Shown here: positions 52,060-62,689 of the stretch, one piece after another
How positions within the stretch are numbered: the first letter of the stretch is position 1
Layout of the letters: the number at the start of each line of letters is the position of its first letter
Assembly: GCF_006345805.1 (NCBI RefSeq)
Contig: NC_042998.1
Coordinates: 153,760,001-153,824,000 of the forward strand
DNA: 64,000 bases
Direction: 5' to 3'
From: Octopus sinensis
Lineage: Eukaryota
Translations under genes and position numbers: made by a program
The notes under the pieces: model-generated
Told to the model about the DNA's origin: nothing
Seen by the model: the letters and a program-made list of their open reading frames with translations, nothing else
Database searches by the model: none

Positions 52060-53868
52060 TGCTACGAAGTATATCATAGAGTTTTAGATTTTTCGGAACA
52101 AAAAAGGCCACTTCTTTGATTTGGACTCAGACAATGATTTTAAAGGATGTTTAAAGTGATAGTGAGTATGATGTACCAAATGGATATTATCATCCACGGC
52201 TGATTGATTTTCAGGAAATTACTAGCCCCAAGGAGGTACCTGATGGCATTTCTGAAGAAATCATAACTTTATTTTTCAATGAGACTAATATATATCCTAG
52301 TCAGGTGAAGAATATATATAAACAAGTAGGTGAAGGTACCTACTTGTTTATCAACATGTGGAAAAAACCACTTTTGAAGAAATGAGGGCATTTGTTGCAA
52401 TTTTGCTTCTGATAGGGCTAACAAAATTTTGAACATTTGATTTATACTGGTCTAATGGTGACTTTATTGAGATGCCAGGCTTCAAACACATCATGGCAAG
52501 AGACAGGTTCCTGAGAATCCTGTCCTTCCATCTTTTGGACAACTCCAAAGCAAAATCAAGGAATTACCCTGTGCATGATAGGGCACAAAATCTGACTGCT
52601 TTCAGAAAAGCTTCTACTACCTTGACAGAAATACTTTTATCCTGGAAAGACACATCCAGTGGATGGAAGTATGATTCCTTTCAAAGGAAGAACAGGGCTA
52701 CAAATATAAATGCCAGTAAAACCAACCAAGTGGGGCCTGAAAGTCTTAGAGGCTAGCTGATGCAAAAATTGGATACATCTATCATTGGCAGCATTACTTG
52801 GGCCATTTCTTGTCCCAGTCACCAAGTGTTGGTGTTGCACAAAGAATGTGCAAAATATGGGACATATTTTCATGGGCAAGTTTTTAGCATTGCCTGCAAA
52901 ATCTCAAGACCTAGCTCAACACAGAACAGGAGCATGCAGCACACATGTAAGCCACCAGGGTGACACCAAGCAGGTGAGCCCTCTATCACAAAAAGAAATG
53001 GACACATTTTATACATTTCCTTTTATAACAAAAGGCCTGTGTATCTTCTGAAAACTGCCCACTCTGCTGAGAGCTTTAAAAAAGTAAGTTTGATCAAAGC
53101 ATCATGAAGATCATACCAGGTTTGTGCATAAACATTGTGCTGTGCAGTCCTCCTCTCAGCAAATGGTGGTGGATAGACAAAGTGGACAAGAAGATGATAT
53201 ATTACATGGTGCAGCACAGATGTACCAAGTGGTTGAAGAAAGTTCTCTTTTATCTTTTTGAACATGTTTCTGTAATGTTCTCATCATTTGGAAAGCCAAG
53301 TCAGCTCACTGGGTCAATGCTGAAAAGTACAGGCTGAAAATTGTGCATTCTCTACAGGAAGGCTACCAATCAGGTGCACTTCACAAGAGAAGTAGGAAAC
53401 CAGAAGTCCCTTCCCCAGAAACACTGGTGTTAACAGATCACCACCTTATTAATTATCACAAATGCATGAAATCTAGCAGGCCTTCTTGCCCAGATTCAGC
53501 TGTTTGTTCAAACAAAGACAAAGAAGAACCACCAAAGCCACTTCGTGTGCAGAAAGTATGATGTAGCACTCTACCCATAGCCCTGTTTCCAGAAATACCG
53601 CAGCATGATGGAGTATACCATAGATCAAGGTATGATAAAAGTATGCCAACACATTTGTATTTTTTGTTTCTCGATGTCAAAACATGCATGCAGAACATAT
53701 TGCATTATATCAAAATATTACTTATCCAGTCCTTTATTACTATACAAAAAAAATCAAGTCTACACACAATACAGCAAAAGTTATGATAATTCTAAAACAG
53801 TAGGTGCTCATGGTTTTTGCTTCCTCAAAAAAAAAAATCCAGTGGCAGGGGCAAATCTGTGTTAAAGG
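52060..53868 (+). mobile_element. piggyBac transposon, decayed
   Basis: MPGFKHIMARDRFLRIL..FH; C-terminal VCRKYDVALYP*PCF; ends AAAGG|TTAA, 78 bp from the exon donor at 53947. Confidence 0.85.
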
Positions 53869-53946
53869 TTAAAATAAATCACTACAATTAATCTATGAGA
53901 AGACTCCATAATTAAAACAATAAGAAAAGCATTATCTAATATTAAC

Positions 53947-54094
53947 CTTTTTCCGTTCTTGTTTCAATTCTACAACAAGTTGTTGTATTTCTTTGATTAT
54001 CTGTATTTGTGTGTTTTCTGCAATTATCTCATGCTGGCCTGCTAGGTCAAAGAGCTCACGCAATATATCCATAAATGCTTTTGTAGAAGTGAAC
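53947..54094 (-). CDS. FNBP1L: F-BAR protein (CIP4/FNBP1/FNBP1L family), coding exon: (R)FTSTKAFMDILRELFDLAGQHEIIAENTQIQIIKEIQQLVVELKQERKK
   Basis: 148 nt, ttgtAG acceptor, AAG|GTTAAT donor. Translation resembles the FNBP1/CIP4 segment YTSCKAF...NDYAGQHEVISENM...ELKQERK (recalled). Paralog name is nominal: invertebrates usually have one Cip4/Toca-1 gene. Confidence 0.93.
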
Positions 54095-54264
54095 CTACAA
54101 AAAGGAAAAAAATTCATTTAGAAAATAATAACCTGAAATTACATATATATATATGTATATATATAATCAATAATAATAAAGGGTAAAATTAATTAATTAA
54201 TAATTAATAATTCCACCAAATAGTATTCAGCATGTTAAAAGGATCATTTACGGTAAACTTAAAC

Positions 54265-54722
54265 AACATTTTTTATAATTATGAATATAATTATAATGAG
54301 GGTTTGGCAAAAAAAATTTGCTTAACCACATACCGAACTTTAGAAATAGCAGCCAAAGAACCTAGTTATTTCTTCTACTGTAAGAAACAACTCCCAGACA
54401 ACATATACTTAAAAACAATTCATGTAGGCAGAGAGGAAAAACAGCGAAATTCACTCGGCATCTGATTAACTGTGGATGTGTTTTTCATATCTATCTAATT
54501 CCGAAACGCGTCCACAGTTAATCAAATGCCGAGTGAATTTCGCTGTTTTTCCTCTCTGCCTACGTGAATTGTTTTTGAGTATATATTGTCTGGGAGTTGT
54601 TTCTTACAGTAGAAGAAATAGTTAGGTTCTTTGGCTGCTATTTCTAAAGTTTGGTATGTGGTTAAGCAAATTTTTTTTGCCAAACCTTAATTATAATTAT
54701 ATTCATAATTATAAAAAATATT
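54265..54722. repeat. Long fold-back: 219-bp arms, 20-nt loop
   Basis: 54265-54483 is about 95% reverse-complementary to 54504-54722. Confidence 0.95.
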
Positions 54723-54748
54723 ATATATATATATCTATATATATATAT

Positions 54749-54783
<35 letters not shown>

Positions 54784-54784
54784 T

Positions 54785-55880
54785 GTTTCTTTATTAGCCA
54801 CACAGGGCTGCACACAGATGGGACAGATTACAAAGTAGAGCTTTTCTTTTGGGGGGGGAAAAAAAAAAGTGGGGTAGGTTTTCGATCAAAAGGGATCGTA
54901 AAAGGGGAAGAAAAAAAAAACGATCGATAGGGATCGTGTATCACAGAAATGTCATGATGTAAAGCGTAAAGGGGGAAACAGATAGGGTTTATCCGTGGAA
55001 AGAAAAGCATACGAAAAAGACTATGGTAACCTCAGTCAATGTTACCTACTTGTTTGCAAGTAGGTAACCCTCTGTTTTAAATTTTTCTGGGTTCATAGAA
55101 TTATGCTCAAGGTGGCTTCGTCATTCATATGTGCCATCCTTGCTACATTCACCCATCCATTTTTGAAACATTCGCTACACAAAACTTGCCTCTCTACTCT
55201 CACTTTCCTTTTCAAGTGATACTTGAAGAAGTTGATGAGAGATTGACCAGAGAGGGAAGTGTTTGTCTCCAATCCTTTCAGACACGTCCACCAGATACAT
55301 TCTTTCGCCATAGCCACAAGAATGATGAAAATAGCTCTTCCTTCCTGTTTGAAGGAAGGAGGCATGACAATATTGACGATAGACTCGGCTGATAAACCGA
55401 CTCGTCCCACACGTGAAAGCAGTCGTTCGACATAAGCCCACAGGTCGGAAATTGTTGGTCAATGCACGAGTGTGTGCAGAATGGTTTCATTGCTCTGACC
55501 GCATCTCGGGCAGGTTGGCCCTGTGTTTCTCGAGCTGTGTCTGTAGAGCTTATCCCAAATGGGTAGCACTTCTCAGTAGCACTGCCAGGCCAAGGATCTC
55601 TGGAAGTTTTCCATGGGTCCTGGCCCGAAAGTCATCCTGAACAGGCGGGTCAGGTATTCCTCGTCGACGTCCAGGTTCGCCCCGAGCTCGTCATTGTACC
55701 TCCCCTCCACTAATCCCCTATAGAATGCTTTGGTTGTGTTGAAGTCACTCAAGGTGGACCCGGGACAGCATAGTTGCTTGAGAGCAACGCTATACTCGCG
55801 GTGCCATTCACCCTTCCTCGGCCTCTTTTTGATCCACGACTGCAGTTCAGTCATGGAGACGAGTTGCGGGAAAGAAAGAT
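54785..55880 (-). mobile_element. L1/Tx1-like LINE 3' end
   Basis: zf-RVT-type CPRCGQSNETILH region; ORF ends ...TLSIIL*; AATAAA at 54790-54795 then (TATC)n. Confidence 0.75.
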
Positions 55881-56222
55881 AGATAGATAGATACACACAC
55901 ACTTATGTTACATATATATACATACACAAGAGTTGTGCTAAAAGCAATGCAAATATAACTTTTATATTAACTGATATAGTTGTTGAATTTCAACATGGTA
56001 AAGTAACACTTCCTCTGTAGTAACTCACAATTCTCCTACCTGTTGTTCACTGCATACAAATAATGGGTTCCAAGCAGTAGCAACCTGCTGTCACTTGAGT
56101 TCTTGATGAAGGAGGGATGTAGGCTGTCAGGCATTCACTGAAGACTACAAGTTGTTAACAGAGAAGATTCCAATTACAAGAACAATGTATGCATATGGAT
56201 AAAGTTGGCAGCTCTATCTACC

Positions 56223-56277
<55 letters not shown>

Positions 56278-58096
56278 TGTGTGTGTATGCATACGTGTGT
56301 GCACACACACACTGTACTTATACACTTTTACTTGTTTCAGCCTTTGGACTGCAGTCATACTGGGGCACTGCTTTGAAAGGTTTTAGTCAAACAGGTTGAC
56401 TGGCAGGGTCACCAAGTAACTTGCAAGACAATGATCCCTTGAGAGGGGATGTGGCACTGGACATAATCTTGCACCAGATGATGAAAGGTTTAGAGTGTGA
56501 CAGAAACAGGTGTCTTGCTGGAGAGGAGAGAGAGAGAAGGAATGGTCAAGATTGAGGCCAGTAATAGCTGTAATATCCAGTAGAGGGGATACATGTGTGT
56601 GTATCTATCTATCTATCTATCTTTCTTTCCCGCAACTCGTCTCCATGACTGAACTGCAGTCGTGGATCAAAAAGAGGCCGAGGAAGGGCGAATGGCACCG
56701 CGGGTATCGCATTGCTCTCAAGCAACTATGCCGTCCCGGGTCCACCTTGATATGGTACTTAATCTATTGGGCTCTTGTGCCAAACCATTAAATTATGGGA
56801 AAGTAAACAAACCAACTTTGATTGTGAGGCAGTAATGAGGGACAAGCATAAACACAAAGACTCACATACTCATAAATATATGTATACAAACATATAAATC
56901 ATTCGCACTCTCACACACACACAGCAACCATGCCAAATCAGACTGGAGTCTGGTGCAGCCCCTCAGATCCCAGCATGGACAACAGATGCTAAATGATGAT
57001 GATGATGATGATGGTTGTCGTCGCCTGCTTTCCAGGGCTGGCATGGGTTGAATGGTTTGAGAGGAGCTAGCTAGGCAGAAGACTGTACCATGCTTCACTG
57101 CTTTGGTTTTTATGGCTGCATGTTCTTCCAAACACAAACCACTCCACAGAGTGGACTGAGTGGTTTTTATGTGGCACCAGCACTGGCAGGGTCACCAAGT
57201 AACTTGCAAGATAATGATCCCTTGAGAGGGGATGTGCCACTGGACATAATCTTGCACCAGATGATGAAAGGTTTAGTGTGACAGAAACAGGTGTCTTGCT
57301 GGAGAGGAGAGAGAGAGAGAGAGAAGGAATGATCAAGATTGAGGCCAGTAATAGCTGTAATATCCTGTAGAGGGGATACATGGTTAGCCAGTCCCAGGGA
57401 TAGGGGAAGAGAGAAAGAGAGTGGAAGAGAGCAAGGGAAAGAGGGAAAATGGTAGAGAGTAAGTGTGGAAGAGAGCAGGAGAGAGATGGTGGTGAAGTAC
57501 CAGAGCATGTTCACAAAGAATATGGATCAGAATATGAATGGGATGGTAGAGAAGAGCCAGGGAAAGATAAGTGGTGGCAAAGTGGAAGGGCAGGCCCTCA
57601 AGATATGGGGTCAGAATATAAATGGTAAGGTATTGCAAAGATGCATGAGTAGGGAGTAGAGACTTCACATGAATGCAAAGATCGAGGGGGTGGGATATGC
57701 AGTGACTATTAAAACCTGGGTATATAGAGTGGGGGGGGCAACAGGATAGCAATGATACAGTGAGCAGGCCAGTGAGGAAAGGATTGGGGAGCAAGAGATA
57801 AGCATAGTGCATGAAAGGAGGAAATATGAGGAAGAGAAGAGATGTAGTTTGATTTGTTGGAGAAGAGTGTGCGAAAAGTTTTCTTGTTATGTGCTTTTAA
57901 AACTGTTTCACTGGGTCTTCTCAAGAACCTCATATTGCCAGACATCTCGGTCCGTTGTCATCTCCTTTGTGAGGACTAACATCAGAATGTTGGGCCTCAC
58001 AAAGGAGATCAGTCCTTACCACTTCATCCCATGTCTTCCTGGGTCTCCCTCTTCCACAAGTGCCATTCCCTGTCAGTGTCCTGTTATTATGATTGC

Positions 58097-59230
58097 TTTT
58101 TTGTATATATATTCATATTATTTTTTGTTTTTTTTGTATTTATATTCGTGTAACATCATCTGTTTTTCTGTCCTTCTTTCGTATACATTCGATCTTTTTT
58201 TCCAAGGAATCTAATGCTCTAAGCTTAGTTTTTCCTTGTGGCTGGCCAGATTGGAGCAATCTCAAGATTAATCAGCCAAATTTGCGAGGATCATCCGGTT
58301 CTTGACTGAAGATTAGAGGCTTCGAATGACCCGTTCATGTTTTTTGTATTGTCTATTTGGATGTTTTGCGTTCTTGTCCCATTTTGTATTTATATATATA
58401 TATATATATATATATAGCGGTGTACGTACATTTGTTCTCTTATATGTAAGTACACATTTCACTAAACTTTGTATGACTTCAACACACTCTCTCCCCACTC
58501 TCACACATTTCTTTGCCCTTCTTACTTTGAACTTCACTGTCCCTGTCTTTCTTTTTTCTCGCCAATCCTTGATTATTTGGTCTACACGCTCTCTTTCTTC
58601 TCCCCCTCCTTAATTCCTCTTTTTCTCTCTTCTCTTCTCACGTTTCCGCTGGCCAACTACTAGCCCTTGTCCATTTCATTTGCCGTGAGGCTTAATTCTC
58701 AAATACACCAGCTGAATTCAATGAGTCGAAAGACACTTGTTGTTATGTCCTGTTATTATTATTCATCATCATCGTTTAACGTCCGTTTCCCATGCTAGCA
58801 TGGTTGGACGGTTCAACTGGGGTCTGGGAAGCCAGAAGGCTGCGCCAGGCCAAGTCTGATCTGGCAGTGTTTCTACGGCTGGATGCCCTTCCTAACGCCA
58901 ACCACTCTGTGAGTGTAGTGGGTGCTTTTTACGTTTTTTTTTTGTATTTATATTCGTATTATTATTTTTTGTAACTATATTTGTGTAACATTGTCCGTTT
59001 TTCTGTCCTTCTTTCGTATATATTCAATCCTTTTTCCAAGGAATCTAATGCTCTTAGCTTAGTTTTTCCTTGCGGCTGGCCAGATTGGAGCAATCTCAAG
59101 ATTAACCAGCCGAAATTGTGAGGATGATCCGGTTCTTGACTGATGATTAGAGGCTTCGAATGACCCGTCCATGTTTTTTGTATCGTCTATTTGGATGTTT
59201 TGTGTTCTTGTCCCATTTTGTATTTATATA
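58097..59230 (+). repeat. Two diverged direct copies (58097-58395 and 58935-59230) of an unclassified ~300-bp repeat
   Basis: Direct comparison; a shared CCAAGGAATCTAATGCTC...TTCGAATGACCCG core. Confidence 0.85.
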
Positions 59231-59471
59231 TATATATATATATATAAGAAATACTAAATTTCTAAATCTCTCGTAGAGACATGTACGGTGGTGGGGCGAT
59301 AGAATGGCTGTATACTGTCAATCTAACACGAACGTGACAGTAGGGGGGTACACCACCGCTGTATAGCCCTAGGAAGCATCAACGCCTCCTGATGGCTTTG
59401 ACACATTTTTCCATGTGTCCTTATATACATTTACGAAGGGAAGACAAACACCCCCGGCCGCCGGAGCTGCA

Positions 59472-59516
59472 TCTAGGGACACGTGTTTCAGGATCATTGT
59501 CCTTCATCAGCCTAGA
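59472..59516 (-). ncRNA. Type I hammerhead ribozyme, unit 1
   Basis: UCUAGG-CUGAUGA-AGGA-CAAUGA-UCCU-GAA-AC-ACGU-GU-C^CCUAGA; complete core and three stems; predicted cut between 59478 and 59477. Confidence 0.92.
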
Positions 59517-59834
59517 GTAGCAGACACCGGTCAGCTGGCGATATTTGTCTCGACTTCGTATTGTATATATCTATAATTCAGTGAATTCTATTCACTGATT
59601 ATCAAAATAAGAAATACTAAATTTCTAAATCTCTCGTAGAGACATGTACGGTGGTGGGGCGATAGAATGGCTGTATACTGTCAATCTAACACGAACGTGA
59701 CAGTAGGGGGGTACACCACCGCTGTATAGCCCTAGGAAGCATCAACGCCTCCTGATGGCTTTGACACATTTTTCCATGTGTCCTTATATACATTTACGAA
59801 GGGAAGACAAACACCCCCGGCCGCCGGAGCTGCA

Positions 59835-59879
59835 TCTAGGGACACGTGTTTCAGGATCATTGTCCTTCATCAGCCTAGA
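59835..59879 (-). ncRNA. Type I hammerhead ribozyme, unit 2
   Basis: Identical to unit 1, 363 nt away; predicted cut between 59841 and 59840. Confidence 0.92.
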
Positions 59880-60034
59880 GTAGCAGACACCGGTCAGCTG
59901 GCGATATTTGTCTCGACTTCGTATTGTATATATCTATAATTCAGTGAATTCTATTCACTGATTATCAAAATAAGAAATACTAAATTTCTAAATCTCTCGT
60001 AGAGACATGTACGGTGGTGGGGTGATAGAATGGT

Positions 60035-60209
60035 TGTCCCTAGATGCAGCTCCAGCGGCCGGGGGTGTTTGTCTCCCCTTCGTAAATGTATATAAGGACA
60101 CAGGGAAAAATGTGTCAAAGTCATCAGGAGGTGTCGATGCTTCCTAGGGCTATACAGTGGTGGTGTACCCCCCTACTGTCACGTTCGTGTTAGATTGACA
60201 GTATACAAC

Positions 60210-60217
<8 letters not shown>
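60035..60217 (+). repeat. Inverted partial copy of the 363-bp unit
   Basis: Reverse complement of about 59299-59481 with about 7 substitutions; begins TGTC|CCTAGA. Confidence 0.93.
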
Positions 60218-60273
<56 letters not shown>

Positions 60274-60432
60274 CCAGAGTAACCACATAAATACGAGACA
60301 AGGTGGAAAAAGTAGTACTCAAATACCAGAGGTAGAGTAATATGCTTTATTAAAAAGCAGCAAAAATATCACAAAAACTGTTACTCAGATTTTCACATTC
60401 CTGTCTGAAAGTTTTGTTTATAATCTAAACAA

Positions 60433-60749
60433 AATTGTCTGACGAATCATCATCATCATCATCATCATCATTTAGCGTCCGTTTTCCATGCTAGCATGGG
60501 TTGGACGGTTCTACTGGGGTCTGTGAAGCCAGAAGGCTTCATCAGGCCCAGTCAAATCTGGCAGTGTTTCTACGGCTGGATGCCCTTCCTAACGCCAACC
60601 ACTCCGTGAGTGTAGTGGGTGCTTTTTACGTGCCACCCGCACTGGTGCCAGACAGAGCTGGCAAACGGCCACGAACGGATGGTGTTTTTTATGTGCCACC
60701 GGCACGAGGGCCAGGCGAGGCTGGGAACGTGAAACTCTGAGTAACAGTT
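60433..60749 (+). ncRNA. Interrupted type I hammerhead (second family), split by an RTE-tail insertion at 60447-60721
   Basis: Rejoined sequence AATTGT-CTGACGA-ATG-GGAA-CGT-GAA-AC-TCTGA-GT-A^ACAGTT. Confidence 0.75.
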
Positions 60750-60794
60750 TTTGTGATATTTTTCTGTTTTTTAATGAAGTGTATATACACGGGC

Positions 60795-61058
60795 TGCGTG
60801 TTGTGTTCTTGAGCAAGACACTTTATTTCACGTTGCTCCAGTTCACTCAGCTGTAGAAATGAGTTGCGACGTCACAGGTGCCAAGCTGTATCGACCTTTG
60901 TCTTTCCCTTGGATAACACTGGTGGCGTGGAGAGGGGAGGCCGGTATGCATGGGCGACTACTGGTCTTCCATAAAACAATCTTGCCCAGACTTGTGCCTC
61001 AGAGGGTAACTCTCTAGGTGCAAACCCATGGTCACTCATGACCGAAGGGGGTCACTCA

Positions 61059-61060
<2 letters not shown>
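60795..61060 (+). mobile_element. SINE (5'-truncated; reverse copy at about 47345-47545)
   Basis: Mutual reverse complementarity of the two copies. Confidence 0.75.
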
Positions 61061-61100
<40 letters not shown>

Positions 61101-61160
61101 TAGATAGATAGATAGATAGATAGACAGACAGACACATATAGATACACACACACACACATG

Positions 61161-61198
<38 letters not shown>

Positions 61199-61207
61199 AT
61201 ATATACA

Positions 61208-61490
61208 CATCATCATCATCATCATCATCGTTTAGCGTACGCTTTCCATGCTAGCATGGGTTGGACGGGTCAACTGGGGTCTGTGAAGCTGGAAGGCTTC
61301 GTCAGGCCCAGTCAGATCTGGCAGTGTTTCTACGGCTGGATGCCCTTCCTAACGCCAACCACTCCGCGAGTGTAGTGGGTGTTTTTTACGTGTCACCTGC
61401 ACAGGTGCCAGACAGAGCTGGCGAACGGCCAAGAACGGATGGTGCTTTTACGTGTCACCGGCACGGGGCCAGGCGATGCTGGCAACGGAC
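61208..61490 (-). mobile_element. RTE-tail retroposon copy (others at about 41965-42320, 56920-57200, 58760-58935, 60447-60721, 63740-64000)
   Basis: (CAT)n followed by GTTTAGCGT...CTGGATGCCCTTCCTAACGCCAACCACTC shared with 1430-1574. Confidence 0.88.
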
Positions 61491-61829
61491 ACAAACATAT
61501 ATATATATATACATATACGTGTAGGAGTGGCTCTGTGGCAAGAAGCTTGCATCCCTACCATATGGTTCCAGTTTCAGTCCCACTGAGTGGAACCTTGGGC
61601 TAGTGTATTTTACTATAATCTTGTGCCAGTGGTTCAGCAAAAGTAACCAAGAGAATAAGTGCTAGGCTTACAAAGAATAAGTCCTGGGGTTGATTTGTTC
61701 GACTAAAGGCAGTGCTCCAGCATGGCCACAGTCAAATGACTCAAACAAATAAAAGAATAAATAAACACACACACACATATATATATATACACACACACAC
61801 ATATACACATATAAATACACATACATATA

Positions 61830-62510
61830 TTGGATCATCCCATAAATAATGCTTTTTTTTTCAATTGCATGAACTAAATGTTGGAGGGGTACTACCTGCA
61901 TCAACTTGATATAAAAGCAGGTAGTACTTTTACCTTAGTGCAAGTTTGGAAAAGTGCAGTTCGCTTTTAGTAGTTATTTTTTTCAAATCTATAATGGAAG
62001 TGACAAAGAAACATATTCAACATATTTTACTTTATGAGGTCAATAAAGGCAACAATGCAACAGAAAGTGCAAGAAATATTAATACAGTATATGGGGATCA
62101 GACAATAAGTGTTCCAACAGTGGTTCCAGAAATTCCAAGCCGGAAACTACAACCTAGAAGATGAGCTTTGTCCTGGAAGATCTATAGAGCTCGACAAGGA
62201 CGTCCTGCAAACCCAGGTGGAACAAAATCCTATAGTAACTGTTGAGAAACTAGCAGAGAAGCTCGGATTTTGTCATTCAACCATTCATCAACACCTGTAT
62301 GCCATCGGAAAAGTCAGCAAATTGAGTCAATGGGTTCCTCACAAACTTTCCAAGTCTAATCGCATGTAGAGAGTGAATGTGTGCTCTTTTTTGCTGTCAC
62401 GTCTCATGAATGATCTTTTGTTGACTGAATAGTGACTGATGATGAGAAATGGGTTCTCTATAAAAACCTCAAGTGCCGAAGACAGTGGGTAGGGAAAGGA
62501 GAAATCTATG
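61830..62510 (+). mobile_element. Mariner, 5' half (same family as 17538-18825)
   Basis: TIR TA|TTGGATCATCCCATAAATAATGC; WFQKF, WVPHKL and DEKW motifs. Confidence 0.88.
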
Positions 62511-62689
62511 AATACCTTGTATAGTGGCATTTGTTCCTCTAAGCATTTTTCCTGAACCTGCCTCACAGAAAATATCATGTTCACTATTCCTTGCTCACTG
62601 AAGAATTAATGAACTTGTTGATACGACTTGTGTCTCCTAGAGCTCCTACCAACGAATTTTGAGCTAGGAATTGCAAATGACATTTGCCA

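Larger units (their letters stand above)
59245..60037 (-). repeat. Tandem repeat, 363-bp period (two full units plus a 67-bp partial), CpG-rich; retrozyme or Penelope pseudo-LTR type
   Basis: Units start at 59245, 59608 and 59971; units 1 and 2 are identical by eye. Confidence 0.95.

Noticed and set aside
58705-58740. CTGAATTCAATGAGTCGAAAGACAC, hammerhead-like fragments
   Set aside because: Core CUGANGA incomplete and stems cannot be formed.
58306-59170. CTGA(A/T)GA-TTAGAGGCTTC-GAA-TGACCCGTC in both copies of the ~300-bp repeat, resembling a hammerhead core
   Set aside because: No stem II closing pair, position 15.1 is T rather than A, and no stem I complementarity found. Worth rechecking only against a family consensus.
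59245-60037. CRISPR-like array or tRNA/rRNA gene
   Set aside because: No short repeat-spacer alternation; eukaryotic context; no cloverleaf or rRNA motifs.
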